This document shows, in pieces, positions 1 to 10,690 of a stretch of 64,000 nucleotides of DNA (position 1 is its first letter; the number at the start of each line of letters is the position of its first letter). The DNA is taken from contig NC_043007.1 of the NCBI RefSeq assembly GCF_006345805.1, forward strand, positions 25,358,001 to 25,422,000, written 5' to 3'. The translations under genes were made by a program, and so were the position numbers. The notes under the pieces are model-generated. The model saw nothing but the letters and a program-made list of their open reading frames with translations, was not told the DNA's origin and did no database searches. This stretch comes from Octopus sinensis (lineage: Eukaryota).

Positions 1-50
1 ACATTTACAGCAATTGAATTCGATCATTTGGTTCACACAAAAGGGATGGC

Positions 51-252
51 ATGCACACACTCACACACATACAATACCTATGCAAAACTACATATATATA
101 TATATTATATAACACACACACACACATATATATAATATATATATATATATATAATACACGCACACACACATATATATACATACATATATATATATATATA
201 CATATATATTATATATATACATATTATATAACATATTTATATATATATACAT

Positions 253-315
<63 letters not shown>

Positions 316-421
316 ATACATGTATATACATGTATATATTATATATACACACACACATATGTATATATATATATATATATACAGAAATAGATAAGATTGA
401 TAGAGATAAATAGGTGGACAA

Positions 422-486
<65 letters not shown>

Positions 487-716
487 TAATATATATATAT
501 ATATATGTATGTATGTATGTATGTATATACATATACATACATTCATATACACATATAAATACATTTCATTTATATATACACATATTACATGCCTGTATAC
601 ACACACACACACACATTCATTTATGTATACATACATACATTCATTCATTCATACATACATATATATACATACATACGAACATACGTACACACATACATAC
701 ATACATCTGGATATAA
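51..716. repeat. Compound (TA)n/(CA)n/(TACA)n microsatellite
   Basis: Di/tetranucleotide runs seen directly; explains the Y/I/T/H-rich ORFs. Confidence 0.95.
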
Positions 717-974
717 TTGTAAAGAAAAACAAAAAACAAAAAACAAAAACACACTGAAAGAGACAGAGAGGGGAGAGGCACAGATGAAGGGAAAAGTGGA
801 GTTTGTAGGGGGGGGGGGATAATATTAGAAAGATGGAGCCGGGGAAAAAAACCCGAACTATATTTAATAATTGTAAGAGAATTGGCGAAAAAAAAATATT
901 ATAAAAAATATATATTAAAAAAAACACGGTAAACAATAACAAAAAAAATATCCCAGACCGAAATACTATACCAG

Positions 975-1605
975 CATCAGCATCAACATCAGCATCAATA
1001 ACTACATCAGCAGCATTGATAGATGTAATAGTAGTGGTGGTGATGGTGGCGGTGGTGGTGATGGTGGCGGTGGTGGTGATGGTTGTGGTGGTGGTGGTGG
1101 TGATGGTTGTGGTGGTGGTGGTGGTGATGGTTGTGGTGGTGGTGATGGTTGTGGTGGTGGTGATGGTTGTGGTGGTGGTGGTGGTGGCAGTGGTGGTGAT
1201 GCAGATGTGTTGGTGGTGATGGTTGTGTTGGTGGTGATGGTTGTGGTGGTGGTGATGGTTGTGGTGGTGGTGATGGTTGTGGTGGTGGTGGGTGGTGATG
1301 GTTGTTGGTGGTGGTTGTGTTGGTGGTGGTGATGGTTGTGGTGGTGGTGATGGTTGTGGTGGTGGTGATGGTGGCAGTGGTGGTGATGCAGATGTGTTGG
1401 TGGTGATGGTTGTGTTGGTGGTGATGGTTGTGGTGGTGGTGGTGGTTGTGATGGTGGCGGTGGTGGTGATGGTTGTGGTGGTGGTGATGGTTATGGTGGT
1501 GGTGGTGGTGATGGTTGCGGTGGTGGTGATGGTTGTGGTGGTGGTGATGCGGATGGTGGTGGTGATGGTTGTGGTGGTGGTGGTGATGCGGATGGGGTGG
1601 AAGTG
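975..1605. repeat. (GGT/GAT/GTT)n trinucleotide microsatellite
   Basis: Seen directly. Confidence 0.95.
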
Positions 1606-1664
1606 ACTGTTACAATAAGTCCTTTAAACTTAACATGCATTTCTCTATCTTTCTCTGTTCGCAG

Positions 1665-1801
1665 ATGACAAAGCACTTTAACATTCCTTTGTTGAAGGCA
1701 ATCCTGGCATTCCAGGAGATCTGTTATATTAGTATTCTCGGTCGATTTGTTGGGCTGTCTTGTCGGTGGGGGTGGTCGGTAGATCAGCAGTTGGACAGGA
1801 G
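1665..1801 (+). other. Candidate exon
   Basis: Branch-like CTTAAC plus pyrimidine tract ttctctatctttctctgttcgcAG (ends 1664); donor GAG|GTGAAT at 1802; frame 0 open (MTKHFNIPLLKAILAFQEIC...). No recognised homology. Confidence 0.25.
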
Positions 1802-2059
1802 GTGAATGCTGTGACAAAAACAAGCCTGCCATCCTCTGCCATCATCGTCTTCCATATTCTTTCTTGGTCTTCTTATTTTTTTTTGCAGTTTTCCTCTTCT
1901 CTTCTTCTAAGTCTTTATTCTTTTATCTGCTGTCTTGTCCTGCTGCTGTTGTTGTTGCTGTTGTTGTTTCTGTCATTATTGTCAGTGGTTATTTTTTGTT
2001 TGTTTTTGTTCTTTCACTTCTTTCTCCTCCGTTTGTTATTCCATCATTTTTTTTCTCTT

Positions 2060-2224
2060 CGGTGTCGTTGTTGTTGTTGTTGCTCCTCATGATTATGACC
2101 ATGATCACTATCATCTCCTCTCGCTCCTCCTTCTCCATCATCATCATCATCATCGTCATCATCTTCATCTTCATCATCTTCATCATCTTCATCATCGTCA
2201 TCATCATCATCATCGTCATCATCG

Positions 2225-2271
<47 letters not shown>

Positions 2272-2425
2272 GTCATCTTCTTCTTCTTCTCCACCAACAC
2301 CATCTCCACCACAACCATCACCTCCCGCTCCTCCTCCTCCTCATCCATCATCATCATCATCATCATCGTCATCATCTTCATCATCATCTTCATCATCTTC
2401 ATCGTCATCATCATCATCGTCGTCG

Positions 2426-2460
<35 letters not shown>

Positions 2461-2515
2461 TATTTCTTCTTCTTTCTTCTTCTCTGCCAACACCATCTCC
2501 ACCACAACCATCACC
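2060..2515. repeat. (CAT/CTT)n microsatellite with internal duplication
   Basis: Seen directly; ccaacaccatctccaccacaaccatcacc occurs twice. Confidence 0.9.
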
Positions 2516-2699
2516 AATCTGTGATGATAAGTGTACTCGATTGGAACAGCCCTTGGGATAAAACAGCATCACCACTATCATTACCGCCACAGCAACACAG
2601 CCGTCATCACCCAAAAAAGTATGTGAGAATGTATAGAACAACAGATATACATTTCTCCATGAACATTTATGAATTATCAGCAACGGTATTACATTACAC

Positions 2700-2700
2700 A

Positions 2701-2739
<39 letters not shown>

Positions 2740-2955
2740 GCACACATCTGCACAAACTCACAGATGCACACATACACACAGTCACACACACACACACACA
2801 CTCACACACACGCACACATCTGCACAAACTCACAGATGCACACATACACACAGTCGCACACACACACACACACACTCACACACACACACACACACGCACA
2901 CATCTGCACAAACTCACACATGCACACATACACACAGTCACACACACACACACAT
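2700..2955. repeat. CA-rich minisatellite, ~65-75 bp unit x3
   Basis: cacgcacacatctgcacaaactcaca..gcacacatacacacagtc repeated three times. Confidence 0.85.
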
Positions 2956-3189
2956 AAATGTTTGTTTTATTTATAGTTATATTAAAAATCCCCATAAAAT
3001 CATTAAATGTAAGGATAGCTCAATATCCTTCACTAGAATATCATATTTTATTTTTATGAAGTGGAGAATTCAACATTTTGAATCTCTAGCTGCTTGTCTG
3101 ACTGTAAAATTGTTTTTCAAAGCTTTATATATATTTTTTAGGGGTCCATCTTGAGGATACAGCAATATTACTGTATTCCCAGTATCATC

Positions 3190-3941
3190 CCTTATCACTT
3201 TATTTTCTACTAAATGCCCCTTTCACCTCCACTTTTCCTCTGTACATCCTCTCATTCTACCAATGGCAGCCCTCACCACTTAAGTACATCTCCCATTATT
3301 TCCATCCCTATGTGCCACTAACCTCATCCCTGCCACTGCGCATTTCTCGTACACCACCTACACTTTACATCATCAGTGCTATCTTCTATTGCCTCTCTCT
3401 TCTCTACTCCCAAACTTATTCACCAATTGACCATGCCTCCCACAGCATTCCTCTCTATCATCCATCTCTATCCATCTGCCACTCTCCTTTCACACATGAA
3501 CTTACCTTCCTACTCGTCCTGTCTAACTCCTTGGACCACTTTTCTTAGATTCACCTTCCTGTAACTTGAGGCTATGCCCTGACCCTTCTTCACCACCATC
3601 TTCTCTCCTTTTGTCAGTTGATTAACTATGTATCTCCTCCACTGCAAGTCACATATTTCTGTCCCTCTATCACACCTTAACCTCTCAACACCTGGCATAA
3701 AGCTACCTCCCTCAATACTATACCCCACTCCATTGAGGGGTTTTGTCTTTCAAGTTACTTGGTAACCTCACTAGTTCTGGTGCCATGTAAAAAGCATCCA
3801 GTAAACTCTGTGAAGTGGTTGGTATTACTAAGGGTTATCTTGTTGTAGAAATCATGCCAAAGCAAACGTTGAATCTTGGTGCAGTCCTCTCAAATACCCA
3901 ACCCATGCTAGCATGGAAAAAAGATGTTAAATAATGATGAT
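3190..3941 (+). mobile_element. Old RTE-type LINE 3' UTR remnant
   Basis: 3775-3941 is a decayed version of the GTAAAAAGCACCC..GGAAGGGCATCC..CCATGCTAGCATGG..(ATG)n end of the RTE at 36081; the upstream C/T-rich part is assigned by inference only. Confidence 0.4.
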
Positions 3942-4341
3942 ATAGAAATGTTTCCATGGATAGTTTAATTGTTTGCAAGGAGAAAGTGGAAGAATAAGAA
4001 AAAGATTGGATGATAATGAGAGGAGGAAGAAAGAAAGGAAGAAAGCAAATGTTTACAAAGTGATTATAGAAAACAAATGATAGTAAAGACTTTTTTTTAG
4101 TTTGACTGTGAAAACTTTGTAGAAACTAGTTGGGTAGTGACTTCTAAGTTGTGACTTCTAAGTGTAAAAAATTATTGTTTCTTTATATGTAGTTTGACTT
4201 CAATCAAGCATGCATGTAAATGCAAGTTGAAGGTTAGATTTATATAGGAACACAGATGACAGATAGGTCACAGACTGGTCAGTAAATATAAAACACAAAC
4301 CAATGAATAGCTACAAGCAAAAGACCATATCATTGGGTATA

Positions 4342-4656
4342 CCGTATTTTAACATGTGTAAAGAACCCCCTATGTTTTGGGGCTTAAAATTTGGAAAAAA
4401 GGTTTTGTAAGGGATTATAATACTATCCATGTGTAAGAAACTCCCATATTTTTTTTCCTAATTTTCGACAAAAAAATAAAAAGAGTTCCTTATAGGTGCA
4501 GGAGTGGCTGTGTGGTAAGTAGCTTGCTTACCAACCGCATGGTTCCGGGTTCATTCCCACTGTGTGACACCTTGGGCAAGTGTCTTCTACTATAGCCTCG
4601 GGTCGACCAAAACCTTGTGAGTGGATTTGGTAGAGAGAAACTGAAAGAAGCCCGTC

Positions 4657-4728
<72 letters not shown>

Positions 4729-4959
4729 GTTTGTATATCTGTGTTTGTCTCCCCAACATCGCTTGACAACTGATGGTGGTGTGTTTATGTCCTCATAACT
4801 TAGCGGTTCGGCAAAAGAGACCGATAGAATAAGTACTAGGCTTTCAATGAATAAGTCCTGGTGGTCGATTTGCTCGACTAAAGGCAGTGCTCCAGCATGG
4901 CCACAGTCAAATGACTGAAACAAGTAAAAGAGTAAGAGAGTATACACATTAAAATACAG
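4342..4959. mobile_element. pogo/Tigger-like MITE interrupted by a SINE
   Basis: TA|ccgtattttaacatgtgta ... tacacattaaaatacag|TA imperfect TIRs with TA flanks; family-A SINE inserted at 4494-4940. Confidence 0.45.
4494..4940 (+). mobile_element. tRNA-derived CORE-like SINE (family A), full length
   Basis: A box TGGCTGTGTGG, B-box-like GGTTCATTCC, CACCTTGGGCAAGTGTCTT (CORE-like), internal (TA)n, (GAGTAAAA)n tail; ~20 copies in the window. Confidence 0.85.
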
Positions 4960-4966
4960 TAAATAT

Positions 4967-5188
4967 ATTTCTTTACTGCCCACAAGGAGCTACACACAGA
5001 GGGGACAGACAAACAGATTAAGTTGATTATATCGACCCCAGTGCGTAACTGGTACTTATTTAATCAACCCCGAAAGGATGAAAGGTGAAGTTGACCTCGG
5101 CGGAATTTGAACTCAGAACGCAGCGGCGGACGAAATACCATAAAGCATTTCGCCTGGCATGCTAACCGTTCTGCCAGCTCGCCGCCTT
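4967..5188 (-). mobile_element. tRNA-derived Nin/Deu-domain SINE (family C)
   Basis: CCTTTCATCCTTTCGGGGT..TAAGTACCAG central domain; ~16-bp TSD aaa(t/c)acagtaaatata. Confidence 0.85.
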
Positions 5189-5605
5189 CAAACACAGTAA
5201 ATATACCATCAAACAAATTGTAACAATTGTTGTCTAAAGATTGCTGTGGCCATGAACTCAGTCTGTGAGATAAACATTCAGTTGCAATAGACCATGCACT
5301 GGTCTTGTGAACATTGTTTGAAAACAATTATTTGAAAATTATTTGAAAAACATTTATTCGAATGGAAAATTGCATGAATGAAAATTATTCAAAAGGACAA
5401 TTATACGAAATGTTAATTATTCTAAATTTTTTATTTTATTTAAACAAAAATGATAAAATTAAAAATTGCGAACACAAATAATGTTTATTTCGAATAACTG
5501 TTTTTCAAATAATTGTTTTTGAATAATTTGTTGTGTCTCAGGAGAGTCATTCTCTTTTGGTGCCTTATTATTTAACCTACAAAGATATGCATAGACATAT
5601 AAAGG

Positions 5606-5913
5606 ATAAATGTCGCCCTTTTCAAGCCTAGCCAGGCTCATGGGCCTGGTTCCCTGGTTTCTGTGGCGTATGTGTTCCCCTCAGCTGGACGGGACCCCTG
5701 TCCATCGCAGTGTTTCTCAAAAAACAGGAAGAGAGAGTGAGAGAAAGTTGTGGCGAAAGAGTACAACAGGGGTGGCCACCACCCGCTGCCGGAGCCTCGT
5801 GGAGCTTTTAGGTGTTTTCGCTCTATTAAAACACACACACCCGGTCTGGGAATCGAAAGCACGATCCTCCGACCGCGAGTCCGCTGCCCTAACCACTGGG
5901 CCATTGCGCCTCC
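5606..5913 (-). mobile_element. tRNA-derived SINE, head B + tail X
   Basis: Head GGCGCAATGGCCCAGTGGTTAGGGCAGCGG..TTCGATTCCC; tail CTGCGATGGAC..GCCCATGAGCCTGGCTAGGC. Confidence 0.8.
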
Positions 5914-6099
5914 ATATGCATATACACATATGTATGCATATACTTAAACAATTGTTTTCAAACAATTTGCATGATATGGACCATAAAGTGGTCTTCAGTT
6001 TAGTACTGGACTGAGATCCAGTATTGGGCCATGAATCATTTGCTGCCAGCTTGCAAAAAAAGAATAAATTTTAAAATTATATTTTCATTGTATTGACTA

Positions 6100-6576
6100 C
6101 TAGCAGTATCACCCGGCATTGCTCGGATTTGTAAGGGAAATAACTATCTTAGCATTTTTAGAGAGTTATAGCCAAAAAATAGCAAACAAAATGCATTAAA
6201 AATAGAAAAAAATGATGGTAAATTTTTTTTTAAATCGTTGACTCATCGTAGACATTTTTAGAGAGTTACTTCCCTTATATAATAGCGAAAAAATGCATTA
6301 AAATGGAAAAAAATGATGGTAAATTTTTTTTAAATCGTTGACTCATCGTAGACATTTTTAGAGAGTTACTTCCCTTATATAATAGCGAAAAAATGCATTA
6401 AAATGGAAAAAAATGATGGTAAATTTTTTTTTAAATCGTAGACTCATCGTAGACATGCGCTAATACCCAGAATGGCTCGATATGAATCACGACTGGGGAA
6501 CACCGCAAAATGTGGGAGTAGTTAGGAATCTAAATCGTAGGAGACAGACACACAACCTTACTTTTATATATAAAGA
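6100..6576 (-). mobile_element. Non-autonomous Helitron with internal ~100-bp x3 tandem
   Basis: Minus strand A|TCTTTATATATAAAA ... CCGAGCAATGCCGGG hairpin, CTAG|T; A/T target site, no TSD. Confidence 0.8.
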
Positions 6577-6609
6577 TTTATATTATACATACATACATAT
6601 TTATATATA

Positions 6610-6808
6610 GGCAAAAGCATAGCTGTGTGGTAAGAAGCTTGGTTCCTTACCACATGGTTCCAGGTTCAGTTCCACAGTGCGTCTTCTACTATAGCCTCAG
6701 GCTAACCAAAGCCTTGTGAGTGGATTTGGTAGACAAATACTGAAAGAAGCTCATTGTATATGTGTGTGTATGTGTGTGTGTGCTTATATGTATGTGTCTG
6801 TGTTTGTT
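6610..6808 (+). mobile_element. Family A SINE, decayed 5' half
   Basis: Similarity to the 4494-4940 head. Confidence 0.7.
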
Positions 6809-7204
6809 TCTCTTTACTTGTTTCAGTCATTTGACTGTGGTCATGCTGGAGCACCGCCTTTAGTCGAGCAAATCGACCCCGGGACTTATTCTTTGTAAGC
6901 CCAGTACTTATTCTATCGGTCTCTTTTGCCGAACCGCTAAGTAACGGGGACATAAACACACCAGCATCGGTTGTCAAGCAATGCTAGGGGGACAAACACA
7001 GACACACAAACACACACACACATATATATATACATATATACGACAGGCTTCTTTCAGTTTCCGTCTACCAAATCCACTCACAAGGCATTGGTCGGCCTGG
7101 GGCTATAGCAGAAGACACTTGCCCAAGATGCCACGCAGTGGGACTGAACCCGGAACCATATGGTTGGTTAGCAAGCTACTTACCACACAGCCACTCCTGC
7201 GCCT
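6809..7204 (-). mobile_element. Family A SINE, full length
   Basis: Near-consensus copy in opposite orientation. Confidence 0.9.
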
Positions 7205-7599
7205 CACCATTGCTTGATAACCAATATTGATGTGTACATATCCACATCACCTAGCAGTTCAGGAAAAGTGACCGATAGAATAAGTACTAAGCTTATGAAG
7301 AAAAAAGTCCTGAGGTTGATTTCATCTACTAAAAAACCCGTTAAGACAGGGATTCATACATATGTACAGATGCATATATCGCTCTTCTTACTGCTCCTTT
7401 TGTGCCCTATAATCATATAATTTTTCCCCCTGTCCCCCAGGGAATGGTACCACCCTGCTCTAGATCCTCAATTGTTACCATAGAAGGTATTTTAGAATTC
7501 TAAGAAGAAATTTGGAGATTCTTGTAGAGGAAACTGCTTTTAGGTTGAAAAATTCTTTATCATTATTTGCAATGTTTTTCTAAGATTTATATTCCTTAA

Positions 7600-7876
7600 C
7601 TCTTTTCATGCCACCCATGTTGAAATTACCCTTAGTTCTAAGATACAAAACTTCCTGTTTTAAAGTAGACACATTTAAACTAAAACCTTCCATCATCATT
7701 TCAGACCTAAACCTTTTCATAAGTTACATTCCAAACTTTAGCTTTCAACAGAGATAAAGAAATAAGTGAATCTGTTAGTTATTTTGCTAAACAGAACTAA
7801 ATTTTTTTAATTATTTTTCAGAATTAATTGAATCATATGAGTAGTAAATTTTGTTAAAAATAGAGTCATAAAAAGG
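7600..7876. mobile_element. Decayed piggyBac-like (TTAA) MITE
   Basis: ttaa|ctctttt ... aaaagg|ctaa ends; internal similarity to 13173-13382 (aaaaccttcca, agttattttgctaaa). Confidence 0.35.
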
Positions 7877-7992
7877 CTAACGATAATTTTTAAGGATGCT
7901 AATTGTTAAATGATTAATACTAAATTAATCTAAGGCTGTTAACGTTATGTAATAAATTGTATTGGATACACTACTATCTCATATGTGAAGGT

Positions 7993-8330
7993 GGAGGCAC
8001 ATGGCCTAGTAGTTAGAGCAGCGGACTCGCGGTCGAGGGATCACGGGTTCGAATCTCAGACCGGGCAATGTGTGTTTTTATGAGCGAAACACCTAAGCTC
8101 CACGCAGCTCCGGCAGAAGGTAATGGCGAACTTCTGCTGACTCTTTCGCCACAACTTTCTCTAACTCTTGCCTCCTGCATCTTGCAGCTCACCTGCGACG
8201 GACCAGCGTCCCGTCCAGGTGCGGAACCTATATGCCAAGGAAACCGGAAAACCGGCCCTTATGAGCCATAGAAACCGGGAAACCGGGCCCATGAGCCTAG
8301 CTAGGCTTTAAAAGGGTGCATTTATTTATT
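7993..8330 (+). mobile_element. SINE head B + tail X
   Basis: Same structure as 5606-5913, with a duplicated GAAACCGG segment. Confidence 0.8.
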
Positions 8331-8951
8331 ATTTTAATTAACCCTAGAAGTCATATGGTATTTCTTTCATCCACACCGAAATGATGAAAGTCAAAGTGAG
8401 CCAACTTCAGCAAAATTTGAACATAGAATTTAGACAGAGACATAACGAGATATGACAAACAGTTTTTTGTGACTCTCTGCTGGGTTCTGTCACCCCATCA
8501 CATGATGAGCATAATCCAAATATCACAAATTTAGTTGTGAGATATAGTAATTTCTTGACTATAGGTCACAGTGTTACATGGGACTGCATTGGTCAGCCAG
8601 TTCTGAAAGACATGATATTACAAGAAACATAGTAACCTTGATTACTTTCATTTTCAAGGAAGTGAGGAACTCGCTAGCATAAGAGAGGAAGCTCTATCCC
8701 CTACTAGTACCATTCATTTCTGTTCATCATCATCATCATCACATCATCACAATCCCCCACCACTATCACCACCGCCGCCACCGATGTTGACATCATTGTT
8801 GCTGTTGTATAGCTTTAGGTCAGCCACAATTGAGCAGATCTATGATCAAAGGCACTCCAGTCTTGACTATCCTGTCTTTTTCCTATGAGCAGAGAACTCA
8901 GGACTACATTATTCTGTGTATTCTTTTCTAGGAAGGTACGGTGTGACTTGA

Positions 8952-10366
8952 AGTTAGCACGCCGGGCGAAATGCTTAGCAGTATTTCGTCTGCTGCTATG
9001 TTCTGAGTTCAAATCCTGCCGAGGTCGACTTTGCCTTTCATCCTTTTGGGGTTGATTAAATAAGAACCAGTTACGCACTGGTGTTGATATATATTTCTTT
9101 ACTACCCACAAGGGGCTAAACATAGAGGGGACAAACAAGGATAGACAAAGGGATTAAGTCGATTACATCGACCCCAGTGGGTAACTGGTACTTAATTTAT
9201 CGACCCCGAAAGGATGAAAGGCAAAGTCGACCTTGGCGGAATTTGAACTCAGAACGTAAGGACAGACGAAATACCGCTAAGCATTTCGCCCGGCGTGCTA
9301 ACGTTTCTGCCAGCTCGCCGCCTTTTATTGTATGTATGTATGTATGTCAACTGGTGTTGATATAATCGACTTAATCCATTTGTCTGTCCTTGTTTGTCCT
9401 CTCTGTGTTTAGCCCCTTGTGGGTAGTAAAGAAATAGGTATTTCTTCTGCCACTATGTTCTGAGTTCAAATTCCGCCGAGGTTGACTTTGTCTTTCATCC
9501 TTTCAGGGTCGATTAAATAAGTACCAGTTACGCACTGGTGTTGATATAATCGACTTAATCCATTTGTCTGTCCTTGTTTGTCCCCTCTGTGTTTAGCCCC
9601 TTGTGGGTAGTAAAGAAATAGGTATTTCGTCTGCCACTATGTTCTGAGTTCAAATTCCGCCGAGGTTGACTTTGCCTTTCATCCTTTTGGGGTCGATTAA
9701 ATAAGTACCAGTTACGCACAACTGGGGTTGATATAATTGGCTTAATCCGTTTGTCTGTCCTTGTTTGTCCTCTCTGTGTTTCGCCCCTTGTGGGTAGTAA
9801 AGAAATAGGTATTTCGTCTGCTACTATGTTCTGAGTTCAAATTCCGCCGAGGTCGACTTTGCCTTTCATCCTTTTGGGGTCGATTAAATAAGTACCAGTT
9901 ACGCACAACTGGGGTTGATATAATTGGCTTAATCCGTTTGTCTGTCCTTGTTTGTCCTCTCTGTGTTTAGCTCCTTGTGGGTAGTAAAGAAATAGGTATT
10001 TCGTCTGCCGCTATGTTCTGAGTTCAAATTCTGCTGAGGTCAACTTTGCCTTTCATCCTTTCGGGGTCGATTAAATAAGTACCAGTTACGCACTGGGCTT
10101 GATATAATCGACTTAATCCGTTTGTCTGTCCTTGTTTGTCCTCTCTGTTTAGCCCCTTGTGGGTAGTAAAGAAATAGGTATTTCGTCTGCCGCTACGTTC
10201 TGAGTTCAAATTCTGCTGAGGTCAACTTTGCCTTTAATCCTTTCGGGGTCGAATAGATAAGTACCAGTTACGCACAACTGGGGTCGATATAATCGACTTA
10301 ATCCGCTTGTCTGTCTTTGTTTGTCCTCTCTGTGTTTAGCCCCTTGTGGGTAGTAAAGAAATAGGT
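8952..10366 (+). repeat. Head-to-tail hexamer of family C SINE units (182-187 bp)
   Basis: Junction AAGAAATAGGTATTTC at ~9431, 9615, 9802, 9989, 10171; single flanking direct repeat ggtgtgacttga (8940-8951 / 10369-10380). Confidence 0.9.
9092..9325 (-). mobile_element. Family C SINE nested inverted in unit 1 of the array
   Basis: 15-bp TSD actggtgttgatata at 9077-9091 and 9350-9364. Confidence 0.85.
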
Positions 10367-10538
10367 AAGGTGTGACTTGAGGGAGGCTTGGTTATTTCTT
10401 GCAGATGGATTGATGATGTAGATGCTCCTTCATTACAATTCAGTAATACTGCACTCACGTTTTTTTTTTCTCTATGACTCTAGGTTTTCTTTCACTGGAA
10501 ATATATTAATTTATTCCTTCTCCTTTCCATTCTTTCAG

Positions 10539-10590
10539 TTCGGGTTTAATGTTAGCAGTGAGCCAGAAGGGGATGGTGGTGATAGGGAAG
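10539..10590 (+). other. Candidate 52-nt exon
   Basis: Acceptor ttattccttctcctttccattctttcAG, donor AAG|GTAGGT; two frames open (FGFNVSSEPEGDGGDRE / SGLMLAVSQKGMVVIGK). Confidence 0.25.
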
Positions 10591-10654
10591 GTAGGTGAGA
10601 GAGTGCAACGTAGGGCGGTTGGTGAGGATATCGGTCAAAGGCCAGGAATGCATA

Positions 10655-10657
10655 AAC

Positions 10658-10690
<33 letters not shown>

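Larger units (their letters stand above)
8795..10410 (-). mobile_element. Family E ((AAC)n-tailed repeat) copy split by the SINE array
   Basis: caggtcagc..gagcagatctatgatcaaaggcactcc..ggtgtgacttga resumes after 10367; same motif at 24.3-25.4, 34.8-35.7 and 60.9-61.1 kb. Confidence 0.55.

Noticed and set aside
1864-2976. 370-aa ORF and other long low-complexity ORFs (e.g. 26518-27201, 11300-12040, 23602-24225, 37772-38473)
   Set aside because: They are translations of di/tri/tetranucleotide microsatellites or GC-rich UTR repeats that lack stop codons by composition.
4494-4570. tRNA genes at SINE heads
   Set aside because: A/B boxes are present, but there is no acceptor stem or full cloverleaf and each continues into SINE body and tail.
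7441-7486. Exon-like cccccAG...AAG|GTATTT
   Set aside because: Weak donor, and the sequence resembles a decayed hAT terminus.
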